Assembly: GCA_003344405.1 (NCBI GenBank) | Contig: NOWV01000276.1 | Location: 49,622-69,621, forward strand | Direction: 5' to 3' | DNA from: Trichoplax sp. H2 | Lineage: Eukaryota | DNA: 20,000 bases | Part shown: one piece after another, positions 8,815-20,000 of the stretch | Layout: the number at the start of each line of letters is the position of its first letter | Numbering within the stretch: the first letter of the stretch is position 1 | Notes under the pieces: generated by a model | Told to the model about the DNA's origin: nothing | What the model saw: only the letters and a program-made list of their open reading frames with translations | The model's database searches: none | Program-made: the position numbers and the translations under genes

Positions 8815-11800
8815 GATTATTTTCATTTTTCTTTGGAATAAGAGCATAATGTTAATTAAACTGTTTCCGAAAGTATATGATAAAATAGGAGAATAGGCTA
8901 TTGGCAAACAATCACTTATTTGGCAAAGCTGAGGTCAGAATTAATTCTACTACGCGCGAAATTCATCAATACTATAATAACCATTACAGAAGTTAAAGAA
9001 AAATTAAAGCCAATCTAAGTTTGCCAGGATGAAAGCAAATACTCAAAAGGTTTGATAATATACTTGTTCAATTGCAACTGTAGCAAAATAAATTACACTT
9101 TCTTTCTGTTTTCATAACCATTTCATCTCTAAAATCAAGACTTAGAATCAAATATTATTTTGGCTATCTGTTTTGATTAAATCGACGGTAAAAATTTCAC
9201 AATTTTCGTAGTGCTGTAATATTTTAAACATTAATCTGAAAAGCATGATACCTCGTACGTATAAGCAGAACTCATGAACCTATATTTTGATTTTGTCATG
9301 ATTTTGTAGATTGCTTGCTTATAAGGGTAACAACATATTTATAATTTAACTAAAATGCTAATATCTCGTTTGATTACATCGAGATGAGAATCTGAAAATA
9401 GCGATTATTACCTGCAAATCCATTACTTTATCAAATTAGCAGCGCTGTTCGTAGATAGGTTAGCTTATCATAGATTTTGATTATAATTTTTGAGCAGTAT
9501 CAAGTTGAATTCAACAGCCTTCGAATAAAGTTAACCGTTGCTTGCAAACATTCGATTGAGAATCATGAATTACTTCAAAATTCAACGCCGCTACCTGGTA
9601 TATTCAATACTATCTAGTAATTATTACAAGTTTCCATCGACACCTCTGATTTTAACTATTTCTTCATATTTACATATTTACCGTGACTATCGATTAATAA
9701 GATTACCATATTACCAATTTAAAAGAAAATAAAAACCCCTAATCGCGAATATATACCAGTCAGTTGTGTAAATTCAAAATTTCAAATCGAAAAATTAAGT
9801 CATTTACAAATTTTGTGTTTTCAATGTATGATATTACCTTATCACGTAAGATAATTAAATGGCCTATTTAGTTCAAATTTAAGAATTAAATCATGTTGCA
9901 CCGCAAATTCTTAGACAAGATGCTTCCTGCTGATTTTGATGCTTATAAAGAAGGAATAATAATTCAATAACCAATATGATGTACGTTTTGAGTAAATCAA
10001 AATACACATTCCAAATAAGAATTTGATATCGAAAATCTAATCTCAATAGGAATCTATAAGCAAATATAAGATTTTACGGCTAAATATCTCTATCTAAAAT
10101 TCAAAGAGGGATTAATAAAGATGTATATATATACCTCTAACAAAAAATGATGTTAGCACTATAATATCAAATTGCAAGATTCATGCAACTTCATTATAAT
10201 GACCATGATATCAGTTTCTACTTATGTTTTGGCTGCTAATAATTAATATAATACTTAAATTGTAATAAGACGAGTTACTCATATATCAGATATATTATCC
10301 AGTTTTATAATTGCGTAAGTGAAAAAAATCAGTCACAGACGAAGATACCCACATGTCTGCTACAACAGCTAATAAATTTATCCTGCTATATTGGCGTCAA
10401 TAAAGAATAATTTAAAATTATAATAAAGCATTTACTATTACTAGAACTTTAAAACATTAAAGTCAATGAAATAAATTAAGATCATATTGGATTGTAGCTG
10501 CTATCGAAATAATTTATTAAGCTTTTAGGCTTCAATAAATTGCTTTAGATTCAATATCCTATTATAATAGGAAGTCAAGCCTAGGATAAAACATATCTAT
10601 TAAAAATTTAAATGGCAGATTTCAGACGGCATGTATCCTCTTATTTAAATTGAGAGTATCTATTAGCAATCTGACATCAGATATAAAAATTTGCCTGATT
10701 GGCCATCTGATATCGTTATTTGCCATCTGCAATCTATTTTTAAAATATTTATTCTAACCGTATTGTACTTAAGTATGCAGTTAGAAATTTTATTGTTGTA
10801 AGCTTGATTCAGTGTGAACATTCTCTCAGCGTAATTTATCATGGAATTGCGAATAAACTTTATTAAAAAATTAAATACCGTAAACAAACACTTTTATAAC
10901 CAGATATTCTGAAATCTTTTCCAAATATAAAGTTTGTGATGCAGTACTGTATCAAATAATTCATATATTTTCCACATGTTAAGCCGGATAATTATAATTA
11001 TACATAACACAGTTATTATGATCTATTGGAATTTTGGTACAATCTATAGGAGAAATTTTTCCACGGTATTACCATTCATTTGTGGATCATTTAAGCAATG
11101 AACTGCTATGTACAGTGTGTTCAATTAGCTTTGCTACCTGATAATAAATGAATAATTCGTCAGTCTATGATATATGGCAGCTTTTCTATTTTCTATTTTA
11201 ATGAATAAACAACCTTTCCAGATGATGACTCGCCCTCGTCCATTTTAATTAATTACTCTAGCAACCTTATAAATTTGACTAAATAGAACTATAAAGGACC
11301 CTAGTTTCGCACTATTTACAAGAAAGAAATAAAAAATTTCATGACAGCAGTAAATTAAAACAAATTCCAGCTTACATTGCAAGCATTACTAAATAAGTAC
11401 CTACTACTCCCATTTTAGTCTAAATTTTACGATCCTTTCTTCATAGAATAATAATTTACTTGCCACAAATTCTTGTATTTATCATTATGTAATCAATATA
11501 GTACTGCATAATTTTTCATGGCATAATTGTGCAACTAGTGACATATTATGATGCAGCATAAATGAAATTACGAGACGTGATCATAAAGAACTTTTCCATT
11601 TTAAAAATCTAAGACAAAGGCTTTACTGTCTTAATAGTTTTGAACGTCTCTTTTATATAGCAACAGAATTCAAAATAATATTTTATGCCATCTTGTTTCC
11701 TCTATAATGGTGTAGCGTTACCAATGGGAATTAATTTTAATTTTTGACGTTGAAAGCTAAAGATATGCAACCCTTAGCCATTATTAGCTTGCGATTATGT

Positions 11801-11937
11801 ATGAGGATTGCTAGCAACAGGAAAATATCGAGCATTACATCAATGATTGATTATACGATTCTTCAAGGAAATCTGCTTGCAAAAATGTTGATAATGTTTA
11901 GTTTCATTTCGCTGATTATTTCAAGTCAAACGCTAAG

Positions 11938-12742
11938 AATCCTAACTACAGCAACGCCATTCCAATGTACAATTTTTCTATGAAATATCTTCCAACAGAA
12001 AATTTAATTAGGCATAACGTTTTTTTTGTTTCTATTAAGTAACATACTAATCTGTGAGTCAGAACAGATAGCTAAGGTAGAGATAGCTGTACCTATATTC
12101 GTTCAAAATTAACAGTAGATACTTTATATTTTGTCAACTATAATAAATAAATACTAGATAAACAAAATATCTAGTGTCTTGATTAGCCATATAAAACGTG
12201 GTCTTTTACCTTTCCCGCTTGTAATGAATAATACGGTGTGAGATTCATAACTGAAATAGAAATTATATTTCAAAGTACAGATGAGTGAAAGGAAATAAAN
12301 NNNNNNNNNNNNNNNNNNNAATCCTAACTACAGCAACGCCATTCCAATGTACAGTTTTTCTATGAAATATTTTCCAACAGAAAATTTAATTAGGCATAAC
12401 GTTTTTTTATTTCTATTAAGTAACATACTAATCTGTGAGTCAGAACAGATAGCTAAGGTAGAGATAGCTGTACCTATATTCGTTTAAAATTAACAATAGA
12501 TACTTTATATTTTGTCAACTATAATAAAGAGCTAAAATTTCTGACCCTTTTGCTTTGTATAGATAGGACATTTATCAGCGTTCTATAATTAAATACTAGA
12601 TAAACAAAATATCTAGTGTCTTGATTAGCCATATAAAACGTGGTCTTTTACCTTTCTCGCTTGTAATGAATAAATACGGTGTGAGATTCATAACTGAAAT
12701 AGAAATTATATTTCAAAGTACAGATGAGTGAAAGGAAATAAA
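11938..12742. repeat. About 360-bp near-identical direct duplication across an assembly gap (11938-12299 vs 12320-12742), probably allelic haplotypes
   Basis: Copy 1 ends and copy 2 starts exactly at the gap edges. The copies differ by scattered SNPs, two 1-bp indels and a 61-bp segment (12529-12589) present only in copy 2. Confidence 0.92.
12300..12319. other. Assembly gap (20 N)
   Basis: Run of N. Confidence 0.99.
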
Positions 12743-15700
12743 TTTTTTATAATTATAATTTATTCGCTAATCTCTTTCGAGTATAAAGTTTCGGAATCAC
12801 AAGTAGTATTTATTAATCGAGAGAATTTGAAAATTTATCATAAAAATTGTTATCAGTGTAGTATGGCACTACTTGACTATATTATAACATGACTAGTAGG
12901 GAGGTTTGAGACGAATTTTTCAATGTTACAGAAATCAATTGTTTGAGTAAGTTTCTTAGTTTACGGTAAATATTAGCGAACGTATTCAATTTTTTGAACT
13001 ATTACTTTTGAAGTCTTTTTAGACAATGATTTCTAACTATTCCTTATCTATTTATAGCTTGAAATAATCAATCATCAAAATGAATAACGGAAATCACTTT
13101 TATACGTGCATTTTTTCACTTGATATTTATAAATTAAAATAAAAGACCCTATGTACTGCTACGGTTAATAGTCTAATAAATTTAATTCTAGTAATCTCGT
13201 GGCTTATATATGACGTATGACCCTATAGGCCAAAAATACCATTTCTACGCTAAAGCATTACTCCCAAAATTTCTCAGCGCATACGCTATGTATTAGAATT
13301 ATGATACTATAATGAGACAATTGTAAACATTTTCTCGTAAATTCAAAATTTTCATTAGCTAGCATTGTTTCATAAATCTTGTCTATTCCTGCGATTAGAA
13401 CTATCTAACAAATACATCTTACATTGACCACAACGGACTCTATCTATTGTAAAGGCTGTTCCTAAACATGAAATCCTGGGTTACATAACTGCATCCTCAT
13501 AGCATAGCTAGAAATCGACCCATTGTTTAAAATTTAACTGTAAATCGATTAAGAATACAAGTATAGTGCTGATATTTAACTAATAATAACTTTCAGAGGG
13601 GAACTGTAATCTAATCTTCTGTGATACTACTAATTAATACTACGTTACTGATGCTATTGCAACCAAATAAATCTTAATTGTTCTACGATTTATTTATAAT
13701 ACTGCCCATCAAAATTTAGTTTGGAAGTATTTAAAATGTATTTTAGAAATACAGACAACAATGGTTCGTGCATTATATCTATTTACGACAATTAATAGCA
13801 AAATCATTTACTACTAGCAACTTAATCTTTAAATTATCGCTCAAATTTAAATATAAATTGCTTGATATTATTCGCACTATTCGTAGTTCATTTCGTTCCA
13901 ATATTTTACAGCACTTGGATTATCATTGACATTTAGGTTTAATTCGAGGTATTTCTTGAAACCTTACCTAAAAAATGTTTCGTTTTATGAAAAATTTACG
14001 AAAGTTCTGATTTATAAAATAATTTTACTCTACTGAAATAGAATTTGAATTATATAGCACAAAATGGAGGTATATCAAATATATTGCCTGCCTACTCATA
14101 ACAAAGCAGAATATTCATTATCAATAATTTTTTGCCAATAGCCCTAGTAAAAACTTTCGATCATTATATAAGTAAAAACTATAAGTATTAAATCACTTTA
14201 CAAAATTCATGTGACCGACATTAAAGCTAAACCCTTCCTATATATTGTTTACAATTTATTGTAACGTGATAGAATAATTTTCTTTCATTTAAAAGGAGCA
14301 AAGTTCAGAATATATAAGAATGAGAATTCCGAAAATGGTAATACAACGAATATTCTTTTCTAAATCGATCTAGAATTTATTAATCATTAGTTAATAAAAT
14401 ACTTTTAAATACCAGACGCGAGATATTTTAAACAATATCTTTAAATTATTAAATGTTCTTATAAACTAGAGTCATCAGTAGCATCTGCTGATCATCAACA
14501 ATTTAGTTTTATTATATCTATAAGCTACATCAAACAAGAGAGTATTTTTGCTAGCATCATAATTAATGGCTCTAGTTACTTTATACTCTTTCAATTTCGT
14601 CATTTAAAAAAGTTGTAATACTAGAATATTGAACTAGATATGATGGACAGATAGGCTATTGAAATGAAGTTGTATAATTACATGAAAAGCTTGCATCCTA
14701 GCAAAAACTTTAAATGGTTCATATCATAGAAAAACAGACAACCTCCAAGCAATTTAAAAATGAAAATATTAACTGCATTGGCCTTATCTGTCATTAAACT
14801 TATTCCAATGAATTACATTTATATAATGCTATATTCTAATGTTTCAATAGAAACTGCTATTTCGATTTTATACCTTAATTCATGAACTCTATGATGAATA
14901 TAGAATCGGTACATTTTAAAAAATTGACGTCAATACCATTTTAATAACAGTCACAAGTTGCGAATTCTGTTATTTAGCATTAATTATCATGATGTCTTTA
15001 TAGTCAATGGTGCACCAACAATGAATAATTTTAATGCTATTCAGCACGTATCTCTTTCCGTTACTATTAAGATTATCTCTTCCGAAGCAGCCTATTATCT
15101 AGAGGACACAAAGACTAGCAGAGTTTCCAGAAACATATCTGGTTAAAGCTCGAGTTTATTTCCTTAAATAAAAGAGATAATAGCATCATTCAAGGTCTGA
15201 GATGACACAAATTTTGCATTAATCAAGGAGTATAAGTATCATCTTATCGTCAATAACTATACAAAGCTTTAGATAAATGATTTTGGATTTATTGAACCAG
15301 TCAGTATTCTACTTTCATGTGAACTGGCAATATAGTATTATCCTTCAAACCATGATTAAAAGCGAAGCCAGTCGTTAAATTTGCAATAGTTTGTAGTGTT
15401 AAGTACGCTGATGAACTACATTTTTAATTTTCTCACACAAATTATAGCGCTAATCGAATGAAATGTAAGAAAAATTGCAATAAAATTTAAAATAATCATT
15501 AACACGTTATAATTTTTACCAGAACGGAATTAATATTCGAGGCTAGATACATTATAATGTCTTAAAAATGACCCTTTTTCCGTATTTAAGTCCAAAACCT
15601 AAACTAGAATATGTTACCAATAATCTTATTGGGCTGGTTTTAATTATGTCATCAAATAACTATCATTCACTAATATTGATCGAAACAGCTGTTATGTGAT

Positions 15701-16114
15701 TCAAAGGTTCGATATGTTATGTTGTCGTATTGACAATATATCAAACAATTAAATATTTCAATTTAGTCAGAACTATCATATTGGAACTTATCATAAGCTT
15801 TCTGCAATTAGTTTTCACCATAGGCTTTCCTTCATTACAAAAAATAAAATCTTATAGTACACAATTTTGGATATTATGATTTTAAACTAGCGTAAGTAAG
15901 TAATATTACTGGTATAATCTGAAATCATCACGAAACTTTGCATAATATAACAAATACCAAACCATTGTATTATGACACTGCTGGATTCGTAATCATTAAT
16001 ATTGTGAAATTAAGGTACATTAAAACCATCATGCTCAATTCTTTATTGTTGAGTTGAGTAAAAATATAATGAACAATGCTAATCTATATTTTCTTATTTT
16101 ACTATCGAACAAGC

Positions 16115-16143
16115 TAAGATTTAGCTTAAGCAGCTAAATCTTA
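16115..16143. repeat. Perfect 12-bp inverted repeat with 5-nt spacer
   Basis: TAAGATTTAGCT-TAAGC-AGCTAAATCTTA. Confidence 0.8.
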
Positions 16144-19100
16144 TGATTGCTTCAGGTTAAGAGGTACTTGGCGGACTATGCTCTTGTTATCAATTGAGAT
16201 TACTATAGCTTAAGCGATAAGTTATGCTATAAATTCAATGCTTTACCCGTATACACTATTTTAGCCTAAATTTAATAAATTATTAATTTATTTACTTAAT
16301 AGCTAAAATCAAAAGTGTCACATTTGATTGTATGAAGAGCGATATACATAATTGCCAAAAATTTGAAGGAAGATTTAAAATTATAGAAGGAGATTTTTCT
16401 GATTCAGTATAACATAGATGTTGTCGAAACTCAGTAATAAACTATTACTTTAATCTTAAATCACGCTATCGGAACCACCGATTAACAAATTTAGCGACAA
16501 TTTGATAGCATTCTAAGCATGATAATTAATATTTCCATATATTTAGTGCTGTTAATTCCTGTAATTAATTAGAAAAAAACGGAAATTTTTAGCCCACAAC
16601 ATTTGAGCATGAGGCCAAGCTCCAATAACTTAAGAACAGCGTTATATTAATTGATCGAAATAACTCATTACAAATCAGAAATATATGCTATAAAGTTCAT
16701 TAATTATGTAGAAATGCTAGCAACTACACAGTCGATAAAAAGTTTTTAATTTAACGCTCCTAAAATTTTCAACATTGTTTTTCCTCGATAATATAACGGC
16801 TTTCATGAATATACTATTAAAAATACATAACCTTTTGCCAGTGTTCATTACATAAATTTTACCTTGAGTTTAAAACAATTAAAGTTAACTACTACTGCAC
16901 TAGCGTCGTTCACAAAATCCAATAAAACAGTCATAATACTTTTGAAAGAATAACATTAGGTTATTTTTATTTACTCATCGTTATAATAGGATATAAATTA
17001 GTTGACGTAATGATAAAGTTTTAGTAGAAACATCATTTCCTATAAACTGAATACATGTAGCAAGCTAAAGTCTACGTCATAGATAGAAAACTAAAGATGC
17101 CAGTTTGAATTCATTATAAGAATTATCTGGCGTTAAATATATAAATCGGCAATGACCCACATCAATATCGATCTACCGGATAATAAACTTGAATACTGAT
17201 CAAGAATTACAATAAGCAGGTAGCAAAATCGGCGTATGTTAACATTTGAGATCAAAAAATTCATAAAATAGTGTGAATAGATCATTATATTGAAAGCTCA
17301 TTAACTATTTGTGATTTAATTGGCGATGTTTTGTAGTGCTGTAAAGTATTATAAATTTTCTCTGGTAGTGCAGGTATTTTTCCGATTACAGAAAAAGAAG
17401 TTATAATTTATTATCATCAATATTTAACATCAAAATTTCTCTAGCATGTATTGCGCAAAAACTATAATATAATGATAGATAGAAATGAAGGTAAGAATTA
17501 AAATTATGAGTTAATTTTGAGAAGAAAACACGCATTCATTTTATAGCATACTAAGCTATCAACGTAAACCGGTCATTCGAAAAAAAGTTAACGAGAGGAG
17601 GGTCTACTTTAATTTTAATATTAGTTTCAACTTAAAATTAAAATAATGTGTATCCGAAAGGATTGGTTATCGCTTTGTTTGAATAAACTGGATATTTTAT
17701 CGTTATAATTTATCGATTACAGTAAATATAATGCAATTGTCTTTAATTATGTCATAAAAATCCGTTTATCATTCTTTTTCTAAATAAAGATTTTATCATC
17801 TTTCGTTATCAATATCAAGAGAATTTTCCAGTATGATTTAAAACCAATTAAAATCAGCCAAATCCATTTTGACCGAATAAGATTTGTTATCTTAGAAAAT
17901 TTTATACTATTTCATCCAGCCAGACATTCTGTTAATTGCAATTTATTAAAAAAATTCAACTGGTTCAATAGATTAATATTAGAGATGTCAAGAAAGTGAA
18001 GCATGCTGTAATTATAATCAATTTTATATACCATTGAGGGATAAAGGAATCAAGTACGTGATCGTTATTCATATTGTTCCATCGATTCGATATAATCTAT
18101 TGCTAAACAATCATCTTATATGCTATACATAGTTGACTAGTTATAATCTGCCCTGGACTTAGTTGATTTGTTGATTGAAATATCATTTAAACTTCATAGA
18201 AAAGTAGCCCTAACGCAGGTTGACAAGACAAATCATAATTGCACAAGTACACGATAACATAATCTTATGTGTCAATAAAATGTAACCGGTAGATCTACAA
18301 ATTTTTTTCCTTATCTATAATAAAAAGATTGACGACGTTAGATTGATTTTTGATGATCATTTTTGGAAATTTATATTAACGACGTTATGTCAAGAAGAGA
18401 AAAGAAAATCTAACCGAATCTACTTAAATGTTGATAAAATTTTTTATTTATGCAAAAGGAATTTCATCTGAAAGATTGATGAAAATGTTATTTAATCCTT
18501 TGTAGATGTATTTTATTTTAAGATATTTTTGCAAGAAATTTTTAAAAAATGTACAAACTATATTCCATATTCATAAAATTGCAGAATGAAATGCTATGGT
18601 TTAAAATGAAGATAAGAAAAAAGATAAACCTATATATTTCAACCAGTGTTGATAATACTACAACAATTTGTTATTCTTACCGAAGGTTAGATAGTTTATG
18701 CAATTCGAAAGTTCTAACTGTTTTATGATTGATAGACAAATTAAGTTATGTACATTGAGTGAAAGATCTCTATGATTTGAATATTTTATTATTGGGATTT
18801 CAGAATAAAAATTGCGTGATTAATGATCTTAATTAAAAAATGTTAGAGAGAATTTCTTGCGGTCAAGCATTAGTGCTAGAAACTAATCCTATCATGAAAA
18901 TCTACTGTAGATGATGCATCAATCAGAACGCAAACTTTTCATTAATAATATCATAGCAGCTGACACTAATGGATAATTTTAATCTGAATGATTTACGTTG
19001 ACTAGAAAATAAATGGCTATTAATAATAGGAATAGAGAAAACGATAGAGAATTGATTCAATGTGATATCAGGAACATAAATGAAAAAGTTAATGATGAAA

Positions 19101-19604
19101 GGTAAGAAAATTGTCAGTTAGCCAATTAATAAAATGGTTAGATATTCTTAACAACACATTCCTTGAATGGGTGAGTCAAACTAACCTAAAGGATAAATAC
19201 TAATAAGTACTCATCAATTGACGCAATATAAATTGTTCAATGTAGCCGTTCATATTATCTAATTTATTCTTCGTCTTTAGCGAATATTGTTTATAAAGAA
19301 GAATTTTTGATATATAGAACAATTTAATTTAATTGCAAGAAATAGATTTATTTACATAACCTAAAAGAATGGCATTTTCATTTTATCAATAGTTCAATCT
19401 ATTATTTGATTTAATTGTTGTTTTCAATCTTTTCATATCATCTACATCATCGTTGTAATAAGTCATTGATGGTAATCATGAAACGATAATATTATTAAGA
19501 TTTTGATTTCTTTCAAGGAATTTGTTTTGTATCTCACTCCACATTCTGGTTTTGAATTACAGATATGGTATATTTCATATTATTATGCTAAAGCTTCAAA
19601 CCAA

Positions 19605-19654
19605 NNNNNNNNNNNNNNNNNNNNNNNNNNNNNNNNNNNNNNNNNNNNNNNNNN
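19605..19654. other. Assembly gap (50 N)
   Basis: Run of N. Confidence 0.99.
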
Positions 19655-20000
19655 CGTAACATTTCTTATCACATTTGCAATTATTCTAGCGTATATTAGT
19701 ACTATAGCGGAATCACTTCAACCCCAGTATAAATTATAAAGATTATCCAATGTTTAACTTTGATATAAATCCAAGGATGATCTAGACATTGATTACATAG
19801 ACCATTGTTGATTAAAAGATGACAGATGTTCATATACTGATATACCCCAATTAAAATTTAGAACTAATTAAGATTGCAAAGACAAAGGTATGTTCTGTCA
19901 TAACAAGGTCTAAAATATCAATAAGACAAGCACTATTGATGCATATCATTTCGGGCGGAAGAAGTCAATATTCCATTATGACAGGAATATAAGCAACAGA

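Noticed and set aside
8687..8896. 69-aa plus-strand ORF
   Set aside because: Antisense shadow of the GPCR pseudogene.
9538..15146. Short ORFs at 9538, 10663, 11744 and 14958
   Set aside because: Non-ATG starts, AT-biased composition and no motifs; expected by chance.
19655..19666. CGTAACA right after the third gap as a possible LTR end
   Set aside because: No matching TG start or TSD is visible before the gap, and the match is too short.
19503..19739. 78-aa ORF
   Set aside because: Reads through a 50-N gap, so it is an artefact.
1..20000. CRISPR array, tRNA/rRNA or prokaryotic operon
   Set aside because: No regularly spaced repeats, RNA-gene signatures or dense coding organisation were seen.

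Overview
AT-rich eukaryotic (animal) draft-assembly DNA with three N-gaps. The intronless, divergent GPCRs and low GC resemble placozoan (Trichoplax-like) sequence; this is inference only. The window holds one intact single-exon class A (rhodopsin-like) GPCR gene (2553-3521, minus) and a disrupted tandem paralog (7820-8814, minus). A 442-bp element with TG...CA ends and a perfect 5-bp TSD (1888-2329) looks like a solo LTR. The two 20-N gaps are each flanked by near-identical copies that look like two haplotypes assembled in tandem. At the first gap, one copy carries a related LTR-like terminus at a site that is empty in the other, suggesting a heterozygous insertion. A possible decayed fibronectin type III (FN3) relic lies at about 6515-7110 (minus). 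From about 9 kb onward I see no credible coding sequence.
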